Source: the human T2T-CHM13v2.0 reference genome, Homo sapiens. Taken from it: a stretch of 64,000 nt of DNA. Position numbers and translations under genes: made by a program. The stretch lies in the NCBI RefSeq assembly GCF_009914755.1, contig NC_060926.1; one strand, given 5' to 3'. Under the pieces are notes generated by a model, which saw only the letters and a list, made by a program, of their open reading frames with translations, did no database searches and was not told the DNA's origin. Below, one piece after another: positions 14,270 to 28,244 of the stretch (position 1 is the first letter of the stretch; each line of letters begins with the position of its first letter).

Positions 14270-15056
14270 CAATCAGCATGCAGTTCCTCCATTCTGAACA
14301 CATAAAAACCACAGACTCAGCCAGACTCACTCACTCGATGGAATGACCTGCCTGCGGATAGGAGCTATACATTTCAGATCTTCTGAGAGCTGTTCTGTCA
14401 CTCAACAAATGTCCTCTCCACTTTGCTCACCCTCAAATTGTCTGCATACTTCATTCTTCCTTGATGTGAGACAGGAACTTGGGACTCTGAATGGCAGGAC
14501 TGAGAGAGTTGTGACAAAAACAGGCTGACACATATCCCCCACCACTTGCTACATTGCAGGTGACCAGAAGCAGAGAAGATCTACAGCCCTCCTGGGAGCC
14601 CAAACCTAGGGGTTCCCTGAGCCAGGGTTGTGACATGCTGTAACTATCTCTTTGGGGCTCTGTGGTTGTGGGTGTCTCTGAGCTTTTGGACACCACTATG
14701 TTCCACTCATCCAGATGTGGGTGCCTGCAGTGGAAGCCACTTGTGGTACAGCTGGTCCGACTGCAGCCTTGCACAGAGCCAGCACCTGTGCCAGTGCCTA
14801 GAGCTGCCCACCCCACAGCAGCAGCCAGCATGATAGACTGCGCACAGTGTCCAGACCCCATGCTGGCATGCTTAAACATGCCTCACCACTCTGTGCCTGG
14901 CTTGCCGTTGGCAGGTGTGGAATCCATGTCAGTAGTATGGGCTGAGCACAGCCTGCCAGGTCAAGTGGGAAGAACAAACCCACCAGCCCAAGTAAAGTCT
15001 TCCCCAGCTACAGAGGTTTCCAGCTGGTGAAGTAGCAGAGAACAAATGCTGTGTCA
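14270..15056 (+). mobile_element. MER52-like ERV1 LTR, 3' part
   Basis: caatcagcatgc...ctcagccagactc...gagagctgttctgtcactcaa...cagaggtttccagctgg...tgtgtca terminus, followed by cttc. Confidence 0.85.
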
Positions 15057-15214
15057 CTTCTATTACATTAGTCAAAGCCAGTCATGTGGAGAAACCTAGA
15101 TTCAAGGAGTGAAGACTCCACCTCCTGAAGAAAGAAGATGCAACATCAATTGCAAAAGGGCAGGCATACTGGCATAGGAAGAATTTGTGGTCACTTTTAT
15201 AATTTGCCTCAACA
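15057..15214 (-). mobile_element. MLT1 (F/G/H-like) LTR, 5' half
   Basis: Reverse complement reads ...gaccacaaattcttcc...gaggtggagtc...ccttgaatctagg...gctttgactaat, the MLT1 5' region. Confidence 0.75.
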
Positions 15215-16662
15215 GACTGTAGATGGAATAGAGTATTCCTTGGTCAGTTGGACTAGGTGACATGGAATGTCTTCTGCACCCTCCTGATTTGTCTTTTCAC
15301 TGAGTGTTCTGTTCTTTAATGGCAGAATCTTTCTCTTACTTTACTGTATCCTCATATTACTTAGTGCAGGGCTAGTCTTACCTCTTCTACACACACAGTG
15401 ATTGCTGACTTACCATAAATATTTCCCACAGTTTCAATTGAGCTATTTCTAAGAGAATGTGGTCAGAAAGATTTATAAAAGTTTACAGAAGTCCATAATA
15501 AAAAGTTTGATAATTTTTATATGAATCTCTGTTAGACTATTAGAATATAATAAAGGTAGAATATTATAGACCATCAATAAACTAGAACTTATGTGTAAAC
15601 TATTCACATTTAGACCTTATATGATGAAGGGACGCAGCAGAATGAAAGGGAGAAGTAGCTTCCTTCAAAAAAGAAAACAAAATATTTAAAAATACAAAAT
15701 TCTTTAGAGTTGATCAGAATTGAGAGATAAAGCTCTAATTCTCAGTAATAAGAGTTTCTTTCTTTTTGTTGACAGAGGATAAAGAGATGAGTGTACTTAG
15801 ATGGAACTCATATTGTCTGGGGACTTTCTGCAAAAGCCAGATGTGGCATGGAACCTCTCTGAATTACCACTTATGCAATATTACAACATATTGTCAGGGA
15901 ATGCTGTGCTACAAAATTAAAACAGTTTAAAAAATTCAGTAAGGAAAGATGCCAAGCATGCTTATGCTGAAGCCAAGGGTCACAAGGAAAAAAGATCAAA
16001 ACATAATGGCAGGTCAATCACTTATTTTTTTATTTAATCATTTGTTTATTGTTAATTCATATATTCCCTAATTCATCCAACCAATATTTATTGATAATCC
16101 ACAATATATGAGATATTAGAGATAAGGAGATCATAAAAGAACAAATAGCAAAAGCAAATAGACAATCATTCAACAAAACTACCGCTGACCTATGCTTTCA
16201 AGGAGGCAAACAAGAAAACAGATAAAAAATGTATCCATAGCAAAGACACATACTTAATTATATATTTTTGGACACGGATAATGCATGTAAGCTGTAGAAC
16301 AATACCTTTGTTTGTTGATTTGAAATGCATTTTTCTACTACAAGAGATGTCACTTTTTCTACATAATTTTTTTTAATTAATTTTTTTCAAATGCTTAGTT
16401 ATATGTTTTTAATACATCTCAAAGGAAAACAGAAATACCACAAGAAAAAAGCATTATGAACAGTGATCCTCAAGAATTTATAATCATTAGACATAACTCT
16501 AATGGGCAAAATTTTTACCCACATGGAAGTAACTTTAAGCAAGTCATTTGTTCTTGTTATGAAAAATCTGTTCTGGGTGATCTGAAAGAATCTTGGGTTT
16601 TGTGGTTAGGCTGCCTATTTAGAATTTAAATAAATGTTTTCACTCAACAGTATTGAATTTTA

Positions 16663-18493
16663 AGATAACAGACAGAGAGCCAAATCATGAGTGAACTTCA
16701 TTCACAATTGCTACCAAGAGAACAAAATACCTAGGAATACAACTTACGAGGGATGTGAAGGACCTCTTCAAGAAGAACTGCAAACCATTGCTCAAGGAAG
16801 TAAGAGAGAACACAAATAAATGGAAAAACATCCCATGCTTACGGATAGGAGGAATCAATATGAAAATGGCCATACTGCCGAAACAAATTTGTAGATTCAA
16901 TGCTATCCCCATTAAGCTACCATTGAATTTCCTCACAGAATTGAAAAAAAAAAAAAAAAAAAAAACTACTTTAAACTTCATTTGGAACCAAACAAGAGCC
17001 CACATAGCCAAGACAATCCTAAGCAAAAATAACAAAGCTGGAGACATCAAACTACCTGACTTCAAACTATACTACAAGGCTACAGTAACCAAAACAACAT
17101 GGTACTGCTACCAAAACAGATATGTAGACAAATGGAACAGAACAGAGGTCTCAGAAATAACACCATACATCTATAACCATGTGATCTTTGACAAACCTAA
17201 CAAAAACAAGCAATGGGGAAAGGATTCCCTATTTGATAACTGGTGTTAGGAAAACTGGCTAGCCATATGCAGAAAACTAAAACTGAACCCCTTCCTTACA
17301 TCTTATACAAAAATTAAGTCAACATGGATTAAAGACTTACATGTAAGACCTCAAACGACAAAAATCCTAGAGGAAAACCTAGGCAATACCATTCAGGACA
17401 TAGGCATGGGCAAAGACTTCACGTCTAAAACACCAAAAGCAATGGCAAAAAAAAGCCAAAATTGGCAAATAGGATCTAATTAAACTAACGCGCTTCTGCA
17501 CAGCAAAAGAAACTGTCATCAGAGTGAACAGGCAACCTACAGAATGGGAGAACATTTTTGCAATCTATCCATCTGACAAAGGGCTAATATCCAGAATCTA
17601 CAAAGAACTTAAACAAATTTACAAGAAAAAAAATAAACAACCCCATAAAAAGTGGGCAAAGGATATGAACAGACACTTCTCAAAAGAAGACATTTATGCA
17701 GCCAATAAACATGAAAAAAAGCCCATCATCACTGGTCATTATAGAAATGCAAATCAAAACCACAATGAGATACCATCTCATGCCAGTTAGAATGGCGATC
17801 ATTAAAATGTCAGGAAACAACTGATGCTGGAGAGGATGTGGAGAAATAGGAACGCTTTTACACTGTTGGTGAGAGTGTTAATTAGTTCAACCATTGTGGA
17901 AGACAGTGTGGCGATTCCTCACGGATCTAGAACTAGAAATACCATTTGACCCAGCAATCCCATTACTGGGTATATACCCAAAGGATTATAAATCATTCTA
18001 CTATAAAGACACATGCACACGTATGTTTATTGCAGCACTGTTCACAATAGCAAAGACTTGGAATGAACCCCAATGCCCATCAATGTTAGACTGGATAAAG
18101 AAAATGTGGCACATATACACCATGGAATACTATGCAGCTGTAAAAAAAGATGAGTTCATGTCCTTTGCAGGGACATGGATGAAGCTGGAAACCATCATTC
18201 TCAGCAAACTAACATAAGAACAGAAAACCAAAACCATATGTTCTCACTCATAAGTGGGAGTTTAACAATGAGAACACATGGACACAGTGAGGGGAACATC
18301 ACACACCGGGGCCTGTCAGGGACTGGGGGGCTAGGGAAGGGATAGCATTAGGAGAAATACCTAATGTAGATGATGAGTTGATGGGTGCAGCAAACCACCA
18401 TGGCACGTGTATATGTATGTAACAAAACTGCACGTTCTGCACATGTACCCTATAACTTAAAGTATAGTAAAAAATAAAATAACAAAATAAAAT
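16663..18493 (+). mobile_element. 5'-truncated L1PA (about PA7/PA8), ORF2 C-terminus plus 3' UTR
   Basis: ORFs 16755-17249, 17524-17790 and 17894-18217 are frameshifted L1 ORF2p pieces (e.g. [26 protein letters not shown]); 3' UTR and A-rich tail are present. Confidence 0.96.
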
Positions 18494-18930
18494 ATACACA
18501 CAAAAGAAGCAATTTAGGTAAACTTTTCAATGTTGTTTATACATTGTGTAACTATTACAAATTTAAGATTAAGATAATTAAGAGGATATTAAGAAGGTAA
18601 TTTCCATCACTCTGTACATACTCTTTGTGTGACTTCACAGTCTCTAGAAATTACATTTGCCTTTTCTAGAGTTTCATATAAATGGGTTCACAAAATATAC
18701 ACTCTGGTCTATGGCTCCTTCACTCAGCATGTTTCAGAAATTCATCCATGTTGTTGTTATCATTCACTACCTCCATTATTCAGCACATTCAGTTGCTTAT
18801 AGTTTTGGGATATTAATCCTCCTATGGACTTTTATGTATTATTCTTTGTTTAGACATATGTTTTCACTTCTCTTGCATAAATATTTTAATAGATTTTCTC
18901 TGTGTGTGTAGTTGTATCTCATTGTGACTG

Positions 18931-19056
18931 TAAGTTGTATTTCTGTGATGACTAATGACAAGGAATTTTTTAATAAATTGTATAAAAAATTGTTGTATTT
19001 CTGTGATGTATAAGTTGTATTTCTGTGATGACTAATGACAAGGAATTTTTTTAATA
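18931..19056. repeat. Local ~45-bp duplication with a partial third copy
   Basis: taagttgtatttctgtgatgactaatgacaaggaattttt at 18931 and 19011; gttgtatttctgtgatg at 18992. Confidence 0.9.
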
Positions 19057-19753
19057 TGCTTATTTGCTGTATCTTTTGTAAAGTGTCTTTTCAAATATTT
19101 TTTCACAGTTTTAAATGGGATTGATTGTCCCATAATTGAGTTGTAATTTTTTAAATTAAAATCTTTTATTATATGCACATATGCACACACACTTATGTAG
19201 CAAATATCAAAATATGCAAACTATTGCAACTACTTTTTCCAGATTGTGGTTTTTCTTTTTATATTTTTTTGGTGTTATACAAAGAGAAAATGTTCTTAAT
19301 TCTAATACAGTCCTATTCATCAATCTATTTATTTTATGATTTGCACATTTTATGTCCTGAGCATATATGACTACCTCCAAGATCATAAACATCATTTCCT
19401 ATATATTCTTCTAGAAGTTTTATAGTTTTAGATTTAGGTATGAGTATATTATCCATGTTGAATTGATATGTATGGCATTATTTAAGGATTGAGTTTTATT
19501 TTCAGGTGGATATTCAGTTGTTCCAGTAACATTTGATAGAAAGGCTTATGATTTCCAATTGAGTAACTTTGGCATCTTTTTGGAAAATCAATTGCACATA
19601 CATATATACATCTATTCCGGGAATCTTTTTCTGTGCCCTTGTCAATGCTTGTTTCAATAAACACTTTTTTGCTTGGTGTAGTTTTATAATAAGTCTTAAA
19701 GTTAAGTAGTGTGACTCTTATTTTGTTTTTCTTATTTAAAATCACTTTGACTA

Positions 19754-19920
19754 ACCAGTCTTGGTGGCATACACATGTAGTCCCAGCTGCTCAAGAGTCT
19801 GAGGCAAGGGAATCCCTTGAGCCCAGGAGTCTGAGGTGGCAGTGCACTATGATTCCACCTGTGAATAGCCAGTGCACCCCAGACAGGGCAATATAATGTG
19901 GGACTGTCTCTTAGAAACAA
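19754..19920 (+). mobile_element. FAM (fossil Alu monomer)
   Basis: Monomer retaining the 7SL-derived segment gtgcactatgat...cctgtgaatagccagtgcac; flanked by a tttgacta repeat. Confidence 0.85.
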
Positions 19921-20351
19921 ATGATTTGACTATTACAAGTCCTTTGCATTTCTACATTTATTTTATAATAGCTTGTCAATGTCTCAAAATAGACTGCTGA
20001 AGTATTTTCTGAGTTTGTATGAATTGATAGGTCAAACTGAGGAAGTGTGCCATTTTAGAAATATTGAGTTTTCTAAGCTTGGTACATGATATTTCTCTTA
20101 ATTTACTTATATCTTAATTTCTCTCAGCAATGTTTTCAAGTTTTATTATAAAGGTTTTACACAAGTAGTGTTAATTTATCTATATGCATTTAATTTTTAA
20201 TTGTATGTTTCATTAATGTTTTAATTTGAATTTCCATTTTTAAAAATTATTGAAAATAGACATACAATTGATATTTTGTGACCTGGTATCCTAAAACCCT
20301 ACTAAATGCAGTTTTGAATTCTATTAGAATTGTTTTGTAGATTTCTTAGTG

Positions 20352-20573
20352 TTTTTTTTCTTTCTTTCTTTCTTTTTCTTTTGTTTTTGATGGAGTTTCG
20401 CTCTTGTTCCCCAGGCTGGAGTGGTGCAGGGGCATGGTCTTGGCTCACTGCACTCACTGCAACCTCCACCTCCCAAGTTCAAGCAATTCTCCTGCCTCAG
20501 CCTCCTGAGTAGCTGGGAGTACAGATACGCCACCACACCTGGCTAATTTTTGTATTTTTAGTAGAGACAGGGC
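20352..20573 (-). mobile_element. AluS, 5'-truncated
   Basis: Antisense right arm plus the middle A-rich linker. Confidence 0.9.
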
Positions 20574-20790
20574 TTTGTCTGCAAATAATGTCAGTTTTGT
20601 TTCTTTCTTTACAACTTGTTTGATGTTGATTCATTTCTCTTATTTTATTATGCTGATTAGGATCTCAAATATGGCATTTGATAGAAAAGGTAAAAATGAG
20701 CATCCTTTCCTTTTTTCTGACCTTAGAAAGTATTTGGACTTTCACAATAAATACAATATTAACTGTAGTTTTTTGTTTATTTGTGTTTTT

Positions 20791-21092
20791 GCTTTTATTT
20801 TTTGTTTTTTGAGACAGAGTCTTGCTCTGTCTCCCAGGCTGGAGTGCGGTGGTGTGATCTTGGCTCACAGCAACCTCCTCTTCCTAGGTTCAAGCGATTC
20901 TCCTGCCTCAGCCTCCTGAGCAGCTGGGACTACAGGTGCCCGCCATCATGCCCAGCTAATTTTTGTATTTTTAGTAGAGACGGGATTTCGCCATGTTGGC
21001 CAGGCTAGTCTTGAACTCCTGACCTCAGGTGATCCTCCCGCCTCGGCATCCCAAAGTGCTGGGATTAAATGCGTGAGCCACCACGCCCAGCC
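20791..21092 (-). mobile_element. AluSx-like
   Basis: Full dimer; flanked by a tatttgtgt repeat. Confidence 0.93.
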
Positions 21093-21685
21093 TATTTGTG
21101 TGTTTTTGTTTTGTTTTTGTAGTTGCCTTTTACCAGGTTAAGGCAGCTCCCTTTCATCCTTTCTTTCCTGTTTTCTCAGAGGTTTGTTTGCTTTTTTATG
21201 AATGGGCGTCGAATTTTGTCAATTTTTTTTTTTGCATCTTTTGGGATCCTACAGTCTTTTATTAGTCTGTTATAAGTGATATTTCATTGATTGTTTTTTC
21301 AATGTTGACTCGGCCTTGCATTCCTGAAGTATATACCATTCGGTCATGGTGAATCTTTTTACATAATGCTGGATTCAGTCTGCTTATATTTTAGGGATCG
21401 TTGCCTCTATGTTCACAGTATGTGTTTCTGTAGTTTTCTTGTGATGTCTTTGTTGGGTTTTAATATCGGGTTTTAGCTTTGTGAAAAGTTGGGAATTATT
21501 CCTCTTGCTCTATTTTCTGAAGGTTTAGTAGATTCAGTATTCAAAAAATATTTGATTGAATTCATCTGTGAAACAATCTAGGCTTAATATTCATTGGTTG
21601 GTTTTGTTCTTCTGTCTATGTCAGGGGACATGGTTAATTACTATTTCAATTTTAAAAATATATGCAGAGTTGTTAAGATTTTAAT

Positions 21686-21984
21686 TTTTCTTTCTTTTAT
21701 TTTGAGACAGGGTCTCACTCTGTGGCCCAGGCTGGAGTGCATTGGTGTAATCTTGGCTCACTGTAACCTCAAATTCCTGGGCTCAAGCGATCTTCCCACC
21801 TCAGCCTCCGGAGTAGTGGGGACTGCAGGCGCACACCACCGTGCCAGGGTAATTTTTGTATATTTTGTAGAGACGGGGTTTTGCCATGTTGCCCAGCCTA
21901 GTCTCGAATTCCTGGGCTCAAGCAACCCATCTGCCTCAGCCTCCCAAAGTGCTGGAGTACAGGAGTGAGCTACTCCACCTGGTC
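21686..21984 (-). mobile_element. AluJ
   Basis: Full dimer with J diagnostics (cctgggctcaagcgatc); aatttttctt flanking repeat. Confidence 0.9.
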
Positions 21985-22261
21985 AATTTTTCTTAATTCA
22001 GTTTTGTTAAACCATGCTCTTCACTGAATTTGCCTACTCTAAGTTGTCAGATGTATTGAGATAAATATTTTCATAAAATCCTCTTATTGTGATATCAGTG
22101 TGTAAAATCTCAGTGAGGTTTTTTCATTCCTAATGTTGCTACATTTTATCTTCTGCCTTTTCATTTTGTTTCAATTCATTGAAGTTTTATTGTTATTCTT
22201 GCTTTTGTGTGCCGTTTTTAGTTTCTATTGCTTACGTTTTCTAGTTCATTGATTCCTGTTA

Positions 22262-22279
22262 ACACACACACACACACAA

Positions 22280-22318
<39 letters not shown>
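22262..22318. repeat. (CA)n microsatellite
   Basis: Interrupted CA run. Confidence 0.95.
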
Positions 22319-22320
<2 letters not shown>

Positions 22321-22325
22321 GCACA

Positions 22326-22755
22326 CAGAGTTGATCTTGAACAACATGGGTTTGAACTGCATGAGTTCACTTACATACCAATATTGTTCAGCCTCTGCCA
22401 CTCCTGAGACAGCAAGACCAACCCTTCCTCTTACTCCTCCTCCTTAGCCTACTCAATGTGTAGATGAGAATGAAGAACTTCATGATGGTCCATGCTTCAA
22501 TTTAATTAATATGTTGTCTTATGATTTTCTTTATAATACTTTCTTTTCTCTGGTTTACTTTATTATAAGAATACAATATATAATGCATATAATGTACAAA
22601 TAATGTGTAATCAGCTGTTGATGTTATTGGTAAGGTTTCTGGTAAACAGTAGATTATTAGTAGTTAAATTTCTGGGGAGTCAAAAGTTACACACAGATTT
22701 TCACTTGAGGGAGGGAGCCTGGCTCCTCTAATACCTGAATTGTTCAAAGGTCAAA

Positions 22756-22759
<4 letters not shown>
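22326..22759 (+). mobile_element. Tigger2a-like (TcMar-Tigger) MITE
   Basis: Terminal inverted repeats (gttgatcttgaacaa ... ttgttcaaaggtcaa) and internal cctgagacagcaagaccaaccc. Confidence 0.88.

Positions 22760-22796
<37 letters not shown>
22758..22796. repeat. (TG)n microsatellite
   Basis: Uninterrupted TG run. Confidence 0.97.
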
Positions 22797-22798
<2 letters not shown>

Positions 22799-24679
22799 TT
22801 ATAATTTTATTTTTTAAACTTTTTTAAATTTGCTTTTCTGTTTCTAATTTGTTAAAATGGAAGTTTAAATCATTTAATTTAGAATTTTATTTTTTTCTAA
22901 TGTAACTTTTTGAAGTTACAATTTCCCACTAAGCACTAATTTAACAGCTAAATTATGTTATGCTATGTTATGTTTTCATTATCATTCAGTCAAAATATTT
23001 TCTAATTTCCCTCATGATTTTTTCCTTTGGTCCATGGTTTATTTAGTAGTGAACTGTATAATTTCCAAAGACCTTTGGCTTTTCCATGTGCCTTATTGTT
23101 GTTGCTTTCTGATTCAATTCTTACATAATTAGAGAACATATTCTATGTTATTTTAATCTTTTTAAATTTATGGAGAATGGTATTTTTCTATTTCTCCTTT
23201 TAGGTATGCTAATTTTAGCTACATGCAATTAAAAACTCTTTTATAGCATATTCAGAACCTAGAATTGTGTATCCATCTAGTCTATATCTCCTTTTGTCAG
23301 TAAGAAATTTCCCACTCTGTGGTTAGTAATAATTCTTTTTCTAAAGTCTACTTTGTGTTATACTAGTATAGGCATTTCAGCTATACTATTGGTTAGTGTT
23401 TGCACCATCTTGTTCTATTTGTTTACCTTTAGATTATGTGTAATTTTATATTCAAACCACCTTTTATGTAGTCAGCTGGTTGGGTCTTGCTTTTTTATTT
23501 AGTTTGTTAATATATGTCTTTTAACTAGAATGCTTAGATGATTTTATTTAGTGCAATTATTGATATGATTTGATTTATAACTAACATCAGATTATTTGCT
23601 TTCTCTTCATCCCATCTGTTCTTTGTTTCTTTTATTTTCTTGACCAAAGGATTAATTTAATATCTTTAAGATTGTATTTGATCTCTACCATTAACTTATT
23701 ACTTGTAGCTTTCTTTTCTTCTGGTTGCTCTGATTTTAAAGAAATCCACCTTTAACTTTTAACATTTGCCTTCGAATGACATTATACTACTTTCCCTGTA
23801 ATGGACTTTCAAATCCTCCTCTGATTTTTAGACTATTGACTTTTCAATACGTTATAAGCTGCATAATACACTGTTATTATAATTGCTTCTAAAACTGAGT
23901 GATCTTTTAAAATAATTTTAATATGAGAAACGTATTATATACTTACCAGCGCATTTATTGTATCCCACACTGTAATTCTTTTGTATAGACCCAGGTTTCC
24001 AACTGATAACACATTCCCTTTTATTTAAAGAACTTCATTTGATGTATTTTTTTGTGGCTTAGATTTGTTGTCAATGGCCTCTTGCCTTTTGTTTGTCTGA
24101 TTCACCCTCATTTTTACAAGAGATGTTGACAAGCTATAGAATTATAGTTTAATTTTATTATTTCAGCACTTTAAAAATATCATTCCATGTCTTCTTATTT
24201 AATAGTTTTCAGTCATTCTTATTTTTATTTCTCTGTACAGAAACAAAGCCGTTTTTAAGATTTTTGTCTTTATTATTGGTTTTCACCAATTTGAATGTAA
24301 ATGCGCTTTGGTGTGGTTTTCTTTATGTTTCATCTTAGACTTCATCAAACTTCTTGGATCTATAGTTTCACAGTTTTCACCAAATATTTCAGCCATTGTT
24401 TCTTTAAGTATTTCTCTGCTCCTTCTTCCTTTCTGAAACTCAATTACACATTCCGAATGGCTTCACATATTCTTATATCCTACTTCCACAAATTATGTTT
24501 ACTTTTGTTGTTGTGTGGTCTTTTTTTTCCTAGCATTTCATTGTCAATAATTATTATTGCCCCATCTTCAACTTTGCTGAACTTTTCTTTTGAACTATTT
24601 AATCTGCTGTTAATACAACTTTTTAATTTTTAATTTTTGAAATTTCAGATATTGTATTTTTATTTCAATAAAATAAAAT

Positions 24680-25468
24680 GAGTGGGTAGCTCCTATCTGC
24701 AGGCAAGTCGTCTCGTTGAGTGAGTGACTCTGGCTGAGGCTGGGGTCTTATGTGCTCAGAGTGGAAGTGCATACTGATTAGTCCATGGGTGGCCAACAGT
24801 GGGCCTGGAAAAACCACCATTCAATTGGCCGAAATGTCATCAATGAAGTTCTCACTCTGGGCGTGGACTTCACTGGAACTGGCGGCCTGGCCCCCAGGCT
24901 TCAGGAGGTTGCTGGCTTAAAGGAGGAGTTTCACCAGGGTCCCACCCCTTTCCATCAAGGAGCCTGTCTGCTTCCCGCAGCGGCCATCAGTATGCTGTCC
25001 ACAGCGCCCCGCCCCTGCTGATGGGCGCCTGCAGGCCTGCCCTGCCTCTCTCCAATGCTTGTCAGTGCCGGGGCCAAGGCAGCAGGGGGCTGGTGTGTCA
25101 GTGCCGCCTCAAGCACACGCACACCCAGCTGGGTGACAGCAGCACTCGCGCTCAGCCACAGCTTTGCTTCCTAATGGAGCTGGTGCTGTGAGCAGAGAGA
25201 GACCAGGGAGCAGGAGCCAGCACTTCTGAACCTATGGGGGCAGGGGACTTCCTGGGTCCCCGAGAGCACAGGGATGCCCGGGTCCAGAGCTGTAGCTGGG
25301 TGAGTGCAGCTGTGCCCAGGCTGCCTCCAGCCCTACCAACTCAATAGGGGGCAAGGCTTCTGCTGGGATTACTTGTTCTTGGCCCCCAACCAGCTCCGTG
25401 GTGGCGCCTCCCCCACAGCAGCCGGCATCTTTGCAGCGGCTGCTCCAGACGGGCTGAAGCTGTCACCA
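24680..25468 (-). mobile_element. MER52-like ERV1 LTR, 5' part (GC-rich)
   Basis: Minus strand begins tggtgacagc...ccgtctggagcagccgctgc; the 5' flank in element orientation is cttc. Confidence 0.85.
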
Positions 25469-26159
<691 letters not shown>

Positions 26160-26659
26160 AATAGAAAAGAGTCAAAAATCTCGATTGTCTATGCATTTCC
26201 AGTTAAATATTTAAGAAACATTTATAGAGCCTAAATTCTTATAAGCTCACCTCAATTTAATAAATATGTATCAAGTGCTTATTTTTACCTAGAAAATAAA
26301 GTCATAAAGGCAGATAAGTACCAAGCATTCTATTTACATTAATATAACATGAACAATCCATCATTTTATGAACTATGTTTCCAAATATATTCTAATATGA
26401 TTTTCAAAGTCACTATCCGTGTTAAAGATCTGCATGAGACCCCAGTGAAAATGTTTAAGTAGCTCATGGCTTTGGAAGAGAGGAGGTAGAACACATGATG
26501 TATTGAAGATATTCTTCCAGTAGGACAGAATTTCCATTTCATGTTTGCATTGTTTAAACATAGTGTGCACTAAATACAGAGTGCATTATTACTATTGTTT
26601 TCCCCTCATTAATAAGCAAAATTATCTTGTAAGAAATTGGAAAAGCTGTAAAGAATGCA

Positions 26660-27490
26660 AGTGTGCCAGATTGTGCTCAGTGAAGCCCCACCATCACCTC
26701 TTTCTGGGTTCTTCTTGGTATCACAGGAGAGAAGCCAGGAATGTTAATTCTCAAAATCCCTTGTACTTTAGATTCAGCTAATGAGTCGCTAGAATGCTAT
26801 TTAGAAACAAGTGAGAAAGAAACGCTCTTCCCCCACAGAAGCTGCAGGCCGCTTGTAATAGTCACGTTGGATTCCTTGACTTACTGGAGTCCTCTCTGTT
26901 GGCAAGCAACAGAAATCATACCTATTGCTTGTAGGAAACTAAAAACATAGACGGTGGCTTCTCTTGGCTTCCAGGGACCTCCTGAAGAACATCCACTTTA
27001 GTCCTGGGAGCAGATGGTATCACCAACTACCTCTGATCCCTGTACTTCTACATTTCTTAAAGGCAGATTCCTAACCTTTACATCCCCAGCCCTCCAAATG
27101 ACTGTATGAATTTCTAGTTCCATATATTAAATCTCTATCCAATAAAATTACCTATTATGCTTTTATTCCTGAAATACTTCAACTGATAATTTTTGTAACT
27201 GCAAATGATTCCAGGAAAATAGAGCCCCTCCACAATGACTGTGGGACTAGATTCTCAAATTCAGTTTGAAATGAAGGCAGAAATGACCACAACACCCGCA
27301 GAGAATGGGGCATATAACTACTTATAATATCACGGAATATAGTTACTTATAATTTCCCCTGTATTTACTTAGAAAGGAGAATCTATTGAAGGCAAGGTAT
27401 AGAAAGAGCACATGTTGTTAAAACAGAATGTTATAAAGTATATATTAAGTGAGCTGCTTCTTACTGCTCTGAAGAGCTTGGAGAAGAAAG
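26660..27490 (+). mobile_element. Old ERVL LTR (LTR33-like) plus the start of internal sequence
   Basis: LTR 3' end-like region around 27100-27190 followed by ERVL-internal-like sequence; highly decayed. Confidence 0.4.
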
Positions 27491-27841
27491 AAATGACATG
27501 GAGTTCTGTAACTTCTTGACCACATGTAGATCTACCGAGTCTCATGACTAATGTTAGAACTTGCAGGTAAGAAATATGAAAATTTTGGGAACATGAGAAT
27601 TCAGAAGTTTAAGTAAGTGATAAAAATTACAACTTTTTTAAAAAACAGAGGATTGACCAGTCTTGCCTGAAATAGAGACAGCAAATTCTGATTCATGTTT
27701 TGCCTCTGTTACTAATAGTTGCTGTATGCCCTTGAACAAATTACTCAATCATCCTGTGCCTATTCAAAGGAAGTACAGAGATGAAGCTGGAGAAGTCCTC
27801 CTTTGAGCTCATAACAGAGAGCTTAAAATGAGTGAAAGCTT

Positions 27842-27903
27842 CACTCTAGTCTGGGTCACAGTGAGACCCATGTCTCAATCAATAAATACATAAATTAATT
27901 AAT
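27842..27903 (+). mobile_element. Alu 3' tip (severely truncated)
   Basis: cactctagtctgggtcacagtgagacccatgtctc plus a decayed A tail. Confidence 0.75.
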
Positions 27904-28244
27904 TAAATGGAATGAAAAAAGTAGCCTCTGTCATGTGTTTGAACTTAAGTGATACTATAAAGGTTTTCCACAGAAGGTCAGTTCTGTTTCTCATACACTC
28001 ATAATTGGTTGTCTGCCCCTTTGTTCTAACTTGCCAAACCTGACAGATTAATCCTCTAGAAAGGCAGAACCTTTAAACCATTCCTCTCCTCAATACATGT
28101 CATGCTTTCCTGCTGCATACTAAATTAACCTAAACTCATCATCTTGGCATTCAAGGCTTCTAAGATGGGAATTATTGAATTAAAGTGCTATTATCTAACC
28201 CATTTTTTTTTACATTGGAAAACAGCTGTTTTATTAATTGGTTC

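Larger units (their letters stand above)
18510..24670 (-). mobile_element. Ancient L1M fragments hosting FAM, Alus and a Tigger2a
   Basis: T-rich antisense L1M motifs throughout (gtagttgtatctcattgtg, ttctagaagttttatagtttta, gccttgcattcctg, aatttcccactaagcact). Confidence 0.8.

Noticed and set aside
14451-15030. 122-142 aa ORFs on both strands
   Set aside because: They lie within a GC-rich LTR, where stop codons are rare; no protein motif.
16755-18217. ORFs with clear protein similarity
   Set aside because: Frameshifted fragments of L1 ORF2p in a 5'-truncated, dead element; not a gene.
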